The notes: a model not told the origin generated them from the sequence alone. Positions 9,640 through 19,423 are shown, numbered from the stretch's first letter. The stretch is DNA of 64,000 nt from Minisyncoccia bacterium (GCA_038228545.1 JBBRPE010000001.1:46924-110923); one strand, 5' to 3'. Translations and numbers: made by a program.

Positions 9640-9683
9640 CACTATCATCATCTTGTGACGACCGTCACAAGATGATGATAGTG
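9640..9683. repeat. long perfect palindrome, copy 3 (cactatcatcatcttgtgacg-ac-cgtcacaagatgatgatagtg)
   Basis: 21-nt arms. Lies immediately downstream of the regulator gene. Confidence 0.8.
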
Positions 9684-9840
9684 CAGACGACGGTTGCTGG
9701 TGCTAATACTGATAGTGTCGTTATCTAACGGGTGTGTTTAATTTATTCTCAATATCCGCGACGTCCGTGTTATGGAGAATAACGGCTACTACAGGAACGT
9801 GGTAAGGTAGCTCGAACCTGAACCTTGAAAGGAGGCATGT

Positions 9841-10515
9841 ATGCCCCGTAAACGTGGAATTATCTTCGACTTCGACGGGGTCATCGCCAATACCTACCGT
9901 CCCAACTTCATCACTGCACTGGTCCTCGAGCTGGGGTATCCCGTCCCTGACGGAAGCCAGCAACTACTCTCTAAGCACTGGGGAATGACGACAGTCGAGT
10001 TCTTGATGCTCTGCTTCGACCTTCCACTCAAGGATGCACAGAAGGTCAACAGCGCATGGGAGCAACACGACATGGACAACCATGTCCCCTTTATTGAAGG
10101 CGCATGCGAGGCGGTCAAACTTCTCGCTGACGATGGCTACTATCTGGCCATCGTGACGAGCCGCGAACGACCGAGTCTCCTCAAGTTGCTACGCCACGAA
10201 GGAATCTACCACTGCTTCGCAAGTCTTACGGCCCGCGAAGATACGGCTTTCCCGAAGCCGCATCCGAAAGCCTTTGATGCAGCCCGCCAGACGTTTCGCG
10301 CGTTCGGCTATCAGAAGGAGGACTTGGTATTTGTCGGCGACACAATCGTCGACCTCGAAGCGGGTCGCGCGGCTGGTATAGACACTATCATCGTCGAAAC
10401 CGGGCCCTACCCGCACGTGCATCGCGATAGCCACCCACACGAGGCGCATCTGATCATTCCCTCGGCGGCTCACCTACCTGACTGGCTTGAACGGGCCATC
10501 GAAGGATTCCCCTAG
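9841..10515 (+). CDS. HAD-superfamily hydrolase (beta-phosphoglucomutase/phosphatase-like)
   Basis: DxDGV motif IIFDFDGVIAN, plus later FVGDTIVD. Preceded by an aaggagg RBS. Confidence 0.8.
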   Translation: MPRKRGIIFDFDGVIANTYRPNFITALVLELGYPVPDGSQQLLSKHWGMTTVEFLMLCFDLPLKDAQKVNSAWEQHDMDNHVPFIEGACEAVKLLADDGYYLAIVTSRERPSLLKLLRHEGIYHCFASLTAREDTAFPKPHPKAFDAARQTFRAFGYQKEDLVFVGDTIVDLEAGRAAGIDTIIVETGPYPHVHRDSHPHEAHLIIPSAAHLPDWLERAIEGFP

Positions 10516-10587
10516 TTCCTACAGTTCTTAGTTCAGTACGAAAAGGCCCCGCTTCCGGCGGGGCCCATCGTTTTATATAGAAGCTAC

Positions 10588-11622
10588 TTACCAGGAAAGC
10601 TGACCGCCGGTCTTGTATTCGGTCACGCGTGTCTCAAAGAAGTTCTTCTCCTTATTGAGGTCAACGGCCTCGCTCATCCAGGGGAATGGATTGGCAACGT
10701 TGTATTGCGCTGGAAGTCCCACGCTCGCAAGACGACGGTCAGCAATGTGCTCGATGTATTGCTTGAAGCCGTCTGCGTTCATACCGAAGATTCCCTTTGG
10801 GAAAACTTCCGTAGCAAAGGTGTATTCGAGGACGACAGCACGCTTCACAAGGTCTACCATGCGCTGCTGGAATTCTGGGGTCCACAGCTCAGGCTGTTCC
10901 TCCTTTATGGAGTTAATCATGTTCACACCGAAGTTCAGGTGCTGCGACTCGTCGCGCATAATGTACTGAATTTGTTCTGCAGAACCAGTGAGCTTGTTCT
11001 GACGTTGGAAGCCGAACATAACAGCGAATGATGAATAGAAGAAAATACCTTCCATGATGAGCGAGAACACTATGAGGTTCTCCAGGAAGAGTTGGTCATT
11101 CTCAAATGTTCCGGTCTTAAACGCCGGGTCGAAGATTCCTTCGTTCAAGTTAAGGACGAGATTGTCCTTGTTGTAGATACTTTCTACCTCACGATACATA
11201 TTAAAGATACGACTCTCGTCCATGCCAAGCGATTCCACAATGTACTGGTACGCATGCGTATGGATAGCTTCCTCGTAGCCCTGACGAAGAAGGTACATGC
11301 GGCACTCGGGAGAAGTAACGTGCTTGTACACCGCAAGCACGACATTGTTTGCGGCAATGGAGTCTGCAGTCGTAAAGAAACCAAGAACAGTCTCGAACGC
11401 CTGACGCTCGTCTGCAGTCAGAGCAGTCTGACTCTTCCACTGCTCGATGTCGCGCTGCATCGAAATCTCCGTTGGAAGCCAGTGATTACTATTACCTGCC
11501 ATGTATGCCTCCCACGCAAATTTATGACGCATTGGATAGAGCTGCATCACATCGGCATCCCCACCGTTAATTATCTTTCGGTTGTTAACGTTGACGGGTG
11601 CTGCACCGTGGTTGATAGGCAT
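10588..11622 (-). CDS. nrdB: ribonucleoside-diphosphate reductase class I beta subunit
   Basis: Ferritin-like di-iron motifs EEAIHTHAY and IMEGIFFYSSF. Located downstream of nrdA. Confidence 0.9.
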   Translation of the reverse strand: MPINHGAAPVNVNNRKIINGGDADVMQLYPMRHKFAWEAYMAGNSNHWLPTEISMQRDIEQWKSQTALTADERQAFETVLGFFTTADSIAANNVVLAVYKHVTSPECRMYLLRQGYEEAIHTHAYQYIVESLGMDESRIFNMYREVESIYNKDNLVLNLNEGIFDPAFKTGTFENDQLFLENLIVFSLIMEGIFFYSSFAVMFGFQRQNKLTGSAEQIQYIMRDESQHLNFGVNMINSIKEEQPELWTPEFQQRMVDLVKRAVVLEYTFATEVFPKGIFGMNADGFKQYIEHIADRRLASVGLPAQYNVANPFPWMSEAVDLNKEKNFFETRVTEYKTGGQLSW

Positions 11623-11766
11623 ACGAGGTAGTTTGAATTAATAATCCGGGTTCGAGGTCTCCGACTTAGGTCGTACCATTTTCGCCTTCTTCCCCGCTCT
11701 TAGCAACTTTTGAGATAATCAGAGACGGCCTAGATTTGTGACTTATCCACACTTCGCCAATAAATC

Positions 11767-11790
11767 AAAACCCCTCGCCAGAGGGGTTTT
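11767..11790. terminator. hairpin (aaaacccctc-gcca-gaggggtttt) between nrdA and nrdB; possible attenuator or bidirectional terminator
   Basis: Perfect 10-bp stem flanked by A-run and T-run. Confidence 0.45.
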
Positions 11791-11816
11791 GATTTCGTTT
11801 TCATGTCCTCACGACT

Positions 11817-11903
11817 TCAGATACTAGGCGCGAGGAGTTCGCGCGAGAAGACGTACTAGCAGTACGTTGACGAGCGAGAACGAACTCGCAACAACGTAGA
11901 TGG
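11817..11903 (+). repeat. 88-nt structured interspersed element, copy A
   Basis: tcagatactaggcgcgagg...agacgtactagcagtacg...ctcgcaacaacgtagatgg. See finding. Confidence 0.75.
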
Positions 11904-11917
11904 TGTCGTTTTACGAG

Positions 11918-14872
11918 CTAGCTTTCGCAGGATTCGCAGATGCCGGACTCCATCCCCGCTGCCACACGAGCCAACTTCGCCTTCCATTCGGTGTCTGAGA
12001 AGCCCACAGGAATGCCTGATTCGCTCACGGTGACCGTTTCAATGGTGCCAAACTGTGGATTCTCAATACGCTCCACCACGACCTCTGTGTGGCTTTCTGC
12101 GGTCATTGGAGCTGGCTGTACCATGGCCAAGGCAGGCTCGCCCACCATCACCGACGAAGCTACGGCACCGGCTACTGCAGCTGCCCCACGGGTATGGGTA
12201 GAGCCGTATTCCGCAGTGCTGGTGGTCGACTTCTCCACCTGGGAAGCACCGAGTGTGCGAAGGTAGTAGGTAGTCTTGAGACCCATTTCCCATGCGAGGA
12301 AGTAGGCCTCGGAGAGTTCGCGTCCGGATGTTCCGTTGTAGAAGATGTTAAGGGACTGGGACTGGTCAATCCATTTGCCACGACGTGCAGCTGCCTCGAT
12401 GAGCCATTTCGCATCAATTTCAAAGACTTCCTTGTACTTCTCGCGAAGGCCGAATGGAATCTCCGAAATACCCTGAATGGAACCGTCTGCATACTTGATG
12501 CGGTTCAGCATTGCAGACGACCACATGCCAAGCTTCTTCAAATCCTCAACGAGGTATTTATTAAGAACAACGTATTCACCTTCCTTGTTGGACTTTACGT
12601 AGATGTTTTTGTAGATAGGCTCAACACACGGAATACAACCGACGAGATTTGCGGTCGAGGCAGTCGGTGCGATAGCCATCGTGTTTGAGTTGCGCATACC
12701 ATGCGCCTTCACGTGCTCACGAACCGAAGACCAGTCGAGCTTACCACCACGTTTCAATTTCACTTCCTCACCGCGCTCACTCTGGAGCAAATCGATAGTG
12801 TCCTGCGGGAAAATGTCGCGATCCCACTTACTACCCTTGTAGGTTTCGTATGTACCGCGCTCCGCTGCTAGTTTGGACGAACCGAGGATGGCATTGTACG
12901 CAACGACTTCCATGGACTCGTCAGCAAAGGCAACTGCCTCAGGTGTATCGAAGTTAATGCCGAGAAGATAGAGTGCGTCATGGTAACCACGAACACCAAG
13001 ACCAACCGGGCGATGACGCATGTTTCCGCGACGAGCATCCTCCGTTGGGTAGAAGTTAAGGTCGATAACGTTATCGAGCATACGCATTGATGCCTGCGTC
13101 ACCTTTGCGACCAAGTCATGATCGAAGAACGCCGTGCCATCTGCCTTGTAGGAAACAAACTTCGCGAAGTTGAGTGAGCCAATGGTACATACCGCAGTCT
13201 CTTCTGAATTCGTATTGAGTGTGATTTCCGTGCAGAGGTTTGAGTTGTGCACGACACCGACATGGTCCTGTGGTGAGCGGACGTTGGATGGGTCCTTCCA
13301 GGTAATCCATGGGTGGCCCGTTTCAAAAAGCATGGCAAGCATTTTCTTCCAGAGGTCACCTGCTGGAATGCGCTTGAACTGCTCGATGACACCAGTGTCA
13401 ACCATCGCTTCGTATTCGACATAGCGCTTCTCAAATGCCGCCCCATAGAGGTCGTGAAGGTCCGGTACGTCATTTGGCGAAAACATGGTCCAGTCTCCTC
13501 CATCGCGTACACGCTTCATGAACATATCCGGAATCCAGTTTGCTGTATTGATGTCGTGCGTACGACGGCGCTCGTCTCCCGTGTTCTTGCGAAGCTCAAG
13601 GAAGTCCTCGATGTCGAGGTGCCACGTCTCGAGATACACACAGCCCGCACCACGGCGCTTACCTGAGCGGTTAATAGCGAGATTCACGTCGTTCGCAATC
13701 TTAAGGAATGGCACAATGCCTTGCGACGGTACGCCTGTACCCTTAATAAAGGAGCCCGTAGCGCGAACCGGAGTCCAGTCAGTGCCGGTACCACCCGACC
13801 ACTTCAGGTACTGTGCATTATCAGATACAGACTTGAAGATTCCTTCGAGAGAGTCCGGCACTGTGTTGAGGAAGCAGTTAGAAAGCTGTGCCTTCTTTGC
13901 TCCTGCTTGGAAGAGCGTGCGACCGCCCGGTGTGTAGTAGAAATTACTAAGCAAGCCATAGAACTCAAGTGCGACGCGCTCGCGGTCTTCTTTCTTTTCG
14001 TTAAGGGAAAGTCCCATAGCAATACGCATCCAGAGCATCTGCGGAGTCTCGAGCGGCTTCTTAGTCTTTGGGTCTTCCATACAGTAGCGGCTGGACATGA
14101 TTTCGAGGCCCATGTACTCGAAGAGCGAGTCGTTCTCAATTTTCATCTTGCGCGCCATGCCAGCAAGATCATACTCGCCCATGCGCACGTCCAGATTACC
14201 TTCTTCGATGGCCTTAGTGATGTTGCGGACGAATACACGCTCATGTTCGAGTGCGAGCTCGTCTTCCTTAAACGACGAGCCGAAGACTTCCCCATACATG
14301 CGATGTAAGTGAAGAGCAGCGGCGAGCTTCGAGTACGCGGGGTCGCGCTCAATCATGGAACGAACAACCGCGATGAGTGCGCGCTTCACTTCGTCGGTGG
14401 TCATTCCTTCGTAGAGCTCGTACTTGAGCTGGGACATGATGTGATCTACATCAACGTCTCCCTTTACGAATTTCACGAGATTTGCACGTACGCGTGATTC
14501 GTCAAAGGCTTCTTCCTTTCCACTTGCGGTTTTAATGGTGAGTTTCTTCTCCTCAACCTTCTGAATTACTTCCTGGAGTTTCTCTTCGCGCTTCTTGGAG
14601 TGCTCGTAGCGGTACACGATATAGTGGCGAGCAACCGTAAGGTGTCCTTCGCGCATAAGCGTGAATTCAACGAGGTCCTGCACGTTTTCCACCGAAGGAG
14701 TTTGGTCCTGAAAACGTTCCTGAAGTTCAGCAATAATTGCTGTGGTCATTTCTTCGAGCTTCGAGGACTCAACCGGCACATGCATTGCGTCGAAAGCTTT
14801 ACGCATTGCTTCAGTAATCTTTTCAATCTCAAACTCTACGATAGTGCCGTTGCGCTTTTTGACTTGCTTCAT
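11918..14872 (-). CDS. nrdA: ribonucleoside-diphosphate reductase class I alpha subunit with N-terminal ATP-cone and C-terminal extension
   Basis: ATP-cone at the N-terminus, the catalytic NrdA core, and a C-terminal Cys pair (CESCES). Confidence 0.95.
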   Translation of the reverse strand: MKQVKKRNGTIVEFEIEKITEAMRKAFDAMHVPVESSKLEEMTTAIIAELQERFQDQTPSVENVQDLVEFTLMREGHLTVARHYIVYRYEHSKKREEKLQEVIQKVEEKKLTIKTASGKEEAFDESRVRANLVKFVKGDVDVDHIMSQLKYELYEGMTTDEVKRALIAVVRSMIERDPAYSKLAAALHLHRMYGEVFGSSFKEDELALEHERVFVRNITKAIEEGNLDVRMGEYDLAGMARKMKIENDSLFEYMGLEIMSSRYCMEDPKTKKPLETPQMLWMRIAMGLSLNEKKEDRERVALEFYGLLSNFYYTPGGRTLFQAGAKKAQLSNCFLNTVPDSLEGIFKSVSDNAQYLKWSGGTGTDWTPVRATGSFIKGTGVPSQGIVPFLKIANDVNLAINRSGKRRGAGCVYLETWHLDIEDFLELRKNTGDERRRTHDINTANWIPDMFMKRVRDGGDWTMFSPNDVPDLHDLYGAAFEKRYVEYEAMVDTGVIEQFKRIPAGDLWKKMLAMLFETGHPWITWKDPSNVRSPQDHVGVVHNSNLCTEITLNTNSEETAVCTIGSLNFAKFVSYKADGTAFFDHDLVAKVTQASMRMLDNVIDLNFYPTEDARRGNMRHRPVGLGVRGYHDALYLLGINFDTPEAVAFADESMEVVAYNAILGSSKLAAERGTYETYKGSKWDRDIFPQDTIDLLQSERGEEVKLKRGGKLDWSSVREHVKAHGMRNSNTMAIAPTASTANLVGCIPCVEPIYKNIYVKSNKEGEYVVLNKYLVEDLKKLGMWSSAMLNRIKYADGSIQGISEIPFGLREKYKEVFEIDAKWLIEAAARRGKWIDQSQSLNIFYNGTSGRELSEAYFLAWEMGLKTTYYLRTLGASQVEKSTTSTAEYGSTHTRGAAAVAGAVASSVMVGEPALAMVQPAPMTAESHTEVVVERIENPQFGTIETVTVSESGIPVGFSDTEWKAKLARVAAGMESGICESCES

Positions 14873-15258
14873 ATAACCGTGATGCCTTTATCGCACGTGA
14901 TAATACAGTCGACCGGGAGCAGGAAGCAGTGGCTTCGGCATGAACGGAGAAGGGTAAAAAACACTCGGGAAAGAACCTCCCTACTCCCTTCAACCTGCTC
15001 TCGACTGCGAGACGAACTTACTTATTTTAGACCCCTATTCCATACATTCCTACTGTGGATTATTCGAGCGAGGAAGTACGCCATTCACTTTTTGTTCCGA
15101 AACAATTTCATCATATGCGCAAGTGCATGAAATCTGCAGGAAGGCCTATGTGCTGAAAGGATTGCCCCTCTGACACGTCAAAATAGTGATGCTTAATGAA
15201 TGCTTCATGCGACGTACTATGTAATAGGGTGACGCAGGGATTACCAGATAACGATTAC

Positions 15259-15939
15259 ATCATGCGCATACTCATTGTCGAAGACGAAACCAAGTTGGCG
15301 GAAGCTCTTAAGAAGGGGCTTGAGCTCAAGGGCTTTGCTGTGGATTGGCTTTCTGATTCTGAAAAGGCTCGGACGCGTATACTGCTCTATCGCGACGAAT
15401 ACGATCTTATTCTTCTGGACCTCATGCTTCCCGGCATCGATGGCGCTACGATTTGCCGTGATGCACGAGCCGAAGGTGTTACTACACCTATCATTATCCT
15501 TACGGCACGTGACGAGGTTGATTACAAGATTGAACTTTTGAACCTCGGAGCGGACGACTACCTCGCAAAGCCATTCTCCTTCGACGAACTCGTGGCGCGC
15601 ATCACTGCAGTGCTCCGTCGCCCTACAGAAACACTTTCCTCCACCCTTACCATCCGTGATATAAATCTTGATTCAACGCGACGCGTGGTAGAAAAGAACG
15701 GTGAGGTAGTACCGCTCACACTTAAGGAGTACTCTCTTCTCGAGTACTTTATGCGGCATCCGAATGAAGCACTCACGCGTGAATCTATACTCGACCACGT
15801 ATGGAGCTTCGACTTTCCTGGATTCTCGAATGTACTCGACGTGCACATGAAAAATCTCCGTAAAAAGCTAGACACGTATGAAACAAACGACGCCCTCTTC
15901 GAGACGGTCCGCGGGGTGGGTTACCGACTTAACGGATAA
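15259..15939 (+). CDS. OmpR-family response regulator
   Basis: MRILIVEDE receiver domain plus a winged-helix output domain (GVGYRL). The track ORF starts at 15196. Confidence 0.85.
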   Translation: MMRILIVEDETKLAEALKKGLELKGFAVDWLSDSEKARTRILLYRDEYDLILLDLMLPGIDGATICRDARAEGVTTPIIILTARDEVDYKIELLNLGADDYLAKPFSFDELVARITAVLRRPTETLSSTLTIRDINLDSTRRVVEKNGEVVPLTLKEYSLLEYFMRHPNEALTRESILDHVWSFDFPGFSNVLDVHMKNLRKKLDTYETNDALFETVRGVGYRLNG

Positions 15940-16963
15940 GTATCGGTTTGATGCAAACGTGCGCACGACAGTGCAGATAATAGTTCTGCAGGTAAGCTTC
16001 ACGTTGCTTTCTATAGTCGCATTCGGCTGGGCGCTGCAGTACGTACAGCTTGATACTAGTGCTGCGATTATCCAGCATATTCAGGATGTGCTTACAAGGA
16101 CGGCGACCTCGTCTGATTCACTCTCACGCGCGCTCCACGAAACACATCGGAATATTTACATTCTGGTTTCTGCAGTATTGCTCATTTTGAATATAGTGTT
16201 CGGCTATTTGATTGCACAGTTTGCACTTCGTCCGACGCGCCAGACACTCGCCTATCAAAAGCGCTTTATAGGCAATATCGCCCACGAGATACGCACACCA
16301 CTCGCTATTATAAAAACCTCCACGGAAGTGGTGCTCTTTGACCCTTCCCTTCCAAAGACCGTGCGCGAAGCAATGGAAGGTACCGTTACCGAACTCGACC
16401 GTATCTCGGAGACGATAAATAACCTTCTATCTCTGGACACACTCGCTCGCCCGAAGACAATGCACTTTGAACCCGTTGACGTAGGCGCAGTCGCCGTCAC
16501 TGTAGTGGAGCGGCATCAGGAGCTGGCTCATTCACGCGGTTTACACCTCGAAGGCGAAATTGCGCCATCGGCTTTTGTACTTGGAAACGCAACGGCACTG
16601 GATCAAATCATTACGAACCTTACAAAAAATGCCCTTACCTACACACCGAAAGACAAAGACGGGAAGGTTGTCGTATCCGTCAGCACGGAATTCAAATCAG
16701 TCGTTATTTCGGTACGCGATAACGGCATCGGAATACCGGAAAAGGATATTCAGCACATATTCGAACCGTTCTATCGCGCCGATACCTCGCGAGCACGCGA
16801 TATCGGCACCGGGAGTTCAGGTCTCGGACTCGCTATTGTGAACGAAATAATTCGTCTTCACCACGGAACCATTACCGTGCGCAGTACCGTCGGGGAAGGA
16901 ACGACCGTACACGTAACGCTCCCCCGCACGCACAAATCTGCGCTTACTACGGGCGACGTGTAA
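15878..16963 (+). CDS. sensor histidine kinase (HisKA + HATPase_c)
   Basis: H-box IAHEIRTPL, N-box and G-boxes (DNGIGIP, GTGLGLAIV). A start at GTG ~15958 is possible, giving less overlap with the response regulator. Confidence 0.8.
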   Translation: MKQTTPSSRRSAGWVTDLTDKYRFDANVRTTVQIIVLQVSFTLLSIVAFGWALQYVQLDTSAAIIQHIQDVLTRTATSSDSLSRALHETHRNIYILVSAVLLILNIVFGYLIAQFALRPTRQTLAYQKRFIGNIAHEIRTPLAIIKTSTEVVLFDPSLPKTVREAMEGTVTELDRISETINNLLSLDTLARPKTMHFEPVDVGAVAVTVVERHQELAHSRGLHLEGEIAPSAFVLGNATALDQIITNLTKNALTYTPKDKDGKVVVSVSTEFKSVVISVRDNGIGIPEKDIQHIFEPFYRADTSRARDIGTGSSGLGLAIVNEIIRLHHGTITVRSTVGEGTTVHVTLPRTHKSALTTGDV

Positions 16964-17154
16964 TTCATTCTTACTTCATTGATTGCTCGCTACACTTCCT
17001 GTACTGGGCTGCGGGACAACGTCTTTGCACCCACACCAGTTCTTTCGAACCACTTTCCGCATCTCGTTCCGTAATCGGACGCGCACGCGAGATGCAGTAC
17101 TGAATATTATTCCTCTTTCACGAACGCGTATGCATAGGAAAAAGAGAATCTAGC

Positions 17155-17200
17155 AGGCCGGGCCAGTTCCTACTCGTAGGAACTGGCCCGGCCGCTTTTC
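17155..17200. terminator. bidirectional intrinsic terminator downstream of uppP
   Basis: ggccgggccagttcctac-tcg-taggaactggcccggcc with T-rich flanks. Confidence 0.6.
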
Positions 17201-17204
17201 GCTC

Positions 17205-18056
17205 TTAGCGAAGCACGATAAGCGCCACGATACCCGCAAGCACACAGTAGACCGCGAACGGCACCAGTGTTTTGGTCTTGAAATACTTGGTAAGGAATCG
17301 GACAGCAAGATACGCGGTGATTGCGGAAATGAGTGAGCCGGCACCTATTTCCGCTATCGGATAATTTCCTGCCGCATGGAAGAGTTTCGGAAGCTTGAGG
17401 GCTGCGGCGGCAAAAATGATGGGTGTTGCGAGTAAGAACGAGAAGCGCAGTGCACTTTCGTGATTGAGTTTTGCAAGAAGACCACCAGCAAGCGCGGCTC
17501 CTGTGCGAGAAAATCCCGGAAGGAGCGCGAGCGCCTGCATGGAACCAATGCCTATTGCCTGCAGGTACGAGAGTTTAGCAATTGCTTCGTCTGGATTTCC
17601 ATGACTCGGAATCGAACGGCGTCTGCGCAACACTTCTGCGCCGTATAGTAAGAAACCGTTACCAATAAGGAAAAAAGCGACCATGATGGGTGCAGCAAAT
17701 AATTCCTCAAATTTCTTATCGAACAAGATTCCAAGTATTCCGGCAGGAATAGTGCCGATAATGATGAGCCATGCAAGTCGTGCGTACGTGTCGTCTTCAG
17801 GTATGCGACGCGCTTTAACAGAGCGAAAGAAACCAAACGCGATCTTCCACCAGTCTTCCCAGAAGAAACCGAGCAGAACGAGCGCCGTCGCAAAGTGTGT
17901 CGCGACAAGGAATATCACAAAGAATTCTGCGCTCTGATCTATCGGCCAGCCAAGCAGCTGCGGAAGTATCACCGTATGGCCGAGTGAGGAAATCGGGAAG
18001 AGCTCGGTAACACCCTGAAGGCCGCCCAGTACGAGTGCTTGGAAGTACGTAATCAT
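17205..18056 (-). CDS. uppP: undecaprenyl-diphosphatase
   Basis: BacA/UppP family; eight TM segments with conserved SRSG-type motifs. Confidence 0.85.
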   Translation of the reverse strand: MITYFQALVLGGLQGVTELFPISSLGHTVILPQLLGWPIDQSAEFFVIFLVATHFATALVLLGFFWEDWWKIAFGFFRSVKARRIPEDDTYARLAWLIIIGTIPAGILGILFDKKFEELFAAPIMVAFFLIGNGFLLYGAEVLRRRRSIPSHGNPDEAIAKLSYLQAIGIGSMQALALLPGFSRTGAALAGGLLAKLNHESALRFSFLLATPIIFAAAALKLPKLFHAAGNYPIAEIGAGSLISAITAYLAVRFLTKYFKTKTLVPFAVYCVLAGIVALIVLR

Positions 18057-18071
18057 GGAAGACAGTATAGG

Positions 18072-18695
18072 TTATTCCGGCCTTTTTTTCTTGGTTAGGT
18101 AGAGGAAAGCAAGGTAACCAGTGCCAAACATGAGGATAAGAGCAAAGACGTACCTGTGCATCACAAACAGAAGGACCTGGGAATGTCTACCGAAGAAGTA
18201 GCCAGCCGCAATAAACTCGCTCACGCCAACCAAGACACCGGCGATGTTGTACAGAAGAAAAGTACGGTACGGTACCCGGTACACGCCTGAAAGAAAAGGT
18301 GTTATCAGATTGAAGGGACCTATAAGCCGTGCGAGAAAAATCGCGAGTGTACCATGTCGCTTGAAGAATATTTCCCCACGGTGATAGTTCTTGAGGCTGA
18401 AAACTACACGACCCTCTTTGAAAAGTGATGCTCCTATTCTTCTACCCAGATAGTGATTCACAGAGTCCCCCAGTGCCCCACCGGCGTAGAGGACAGGAGC
18501 CACAAGAAAAATATTTAATACACCTGCACCAGCGAGGATGGAACCGCCAAGTAGGAAAAGTTCACCCGGTATAAATATGTTTGTTCCGATAAGAGTTTCA
18601 AAAAACATTCCCAGGAAAAGTACGCTATAGGCAATCCCACGATGTACGGCGAGCCAATCGGTAAAGTACGTGAGGGAAAAGAAATGAAGCAACAT
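18072..18695 (-). CDS. DedA/SNARE-associated family membrane protein (candidate undecaprenyl-phosphate flippase)
   Basis: DedA family re-entrant loop region and Gly-rich TM segments. Confidence 0.75.
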   Translation of the reverse strand: MLLHFFSLTYFTDWLAVHRGIAYSVLFLGMFFETLIGTNIFIPGELFLLGGSILAGAGVLNIFLVAPVLYAGGALGDSVNHYLGRRIGASLFKEGRVVFSLKNYHRGEIFFKRHGTLAIFLARLIGPFNLITPFLSGVYRVPYRTFLLYNIAGVLVGVSEFIAAGYFFGRHSQVLLFVMHRYVFALILMFGTGYLAFLYLTKKKRPE

Positions 18696-18701
18696 GGAGG
18701 A

Positions 18702-19421
18702 TTAACGGACTGGATTGTAGACGAAACGCTTTGAAAGCGACGCGGGAAGTACACCAATGAGTGTCTGCCACAACATAAGTCGCCACCAGCCATCTGTATC
18801 ATACCGCCGTGTGGACGTGTAGACGGCGTCAGAAGCAAGAAAAAAGAAGTTTCCTTTTCGTCTGAGTTCAGTCACGAAGCACTGGTCTTCCATCCACGTT
18901 CGTCCTTCTTCGAAGCGAGTACTCCCGATAGCTGCATGTCTGACAATCATGAGTGTGTATGCCTGTTTAAACAAGCGATGAATAAAGTCATAAAAAGCAA
19001 ACCATCGCTTTGCGGTAGCAATAGCTGAATCAGGACGAATGACTGATGCCCCGACTACGGAGCGGGAGTCAAGATTACTGAGTTTTTCCGTAAGCTCGTT
19101 CAAGTAGCCGGGAAGAAAATACGTATCCGCGTCGAGAAACAGAATCCAATCAGCTGTAGGCGTTGCCGCTTCTAGTCCGCGATTACGCGCGAAGGATACT
19201 CCTTTTTCAGAATACGTGAGCACGCGCACGTTCGCCGACTCAAAAGCTCGTGCTTTTGCATACGTCGTATCGGTCGATCCGTTTTCAACAACAATCACCT
19301 CATATCGGTCGATTGGGTATAAAAGCTCGCCAAGTCTCTCAAGGGTATGTGAGATGTAGCGCTCTTCATTGTGTGCAGGGATGATAATCGAGAAGAACGG
19401 TTGGTCCTTCTGTCCGTGCAT
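18702..19421 (-). CDS. GT2-family polyprenyl-phosphate glycosyltransferase (GtrB/DPM1-like) with C-terminal TM
   Basis: SIIIPAHNEE ... DxD motif FLDADT ... C-terminal WWRLMLWQTLIGVL helix. Confidence 0.75.
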   Translation of the reverse strand: MHGQKDQPFFSIIIPAHNEERYISHTLERLGELLYPIDRYEVIVVENGSTDTTYAKARAFESANVRVLTYSEKGVSFARNRGLEAATPTADWILFLDADTYFLPGYLNELTEKLSNLDSRSVVGASVIRPDSAIATAKRWFAFYDFIHRLFKQAYTLMIVRHAAIGSTRFEEGRTWMEDQCFVTELRRKGNFFFLASDAVYTSTRRYDTDGWWRLMLWQTLIGVLPASLSKRFVYNPVR

Positions 19422-19423
19422 AG

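Noticed and set aside
2957-9683. Long palindromes as rho-independent terminators
   Set aside because: No T-tract follows any copy. Copy 1 and copy 2 are upstream of genes, not downstream.
12089-14308. Several 150-200 aa plus-strand ORFs (12089-12688, 13485-13937, 13721-14308) inside nrdA
   Set aside because: They are antisense to a well-supported, collinear NrdA CDS. Their amino-acid composition is the mirror image of that coding strand (Arg/Ser/Cys-rich), with no RBS.
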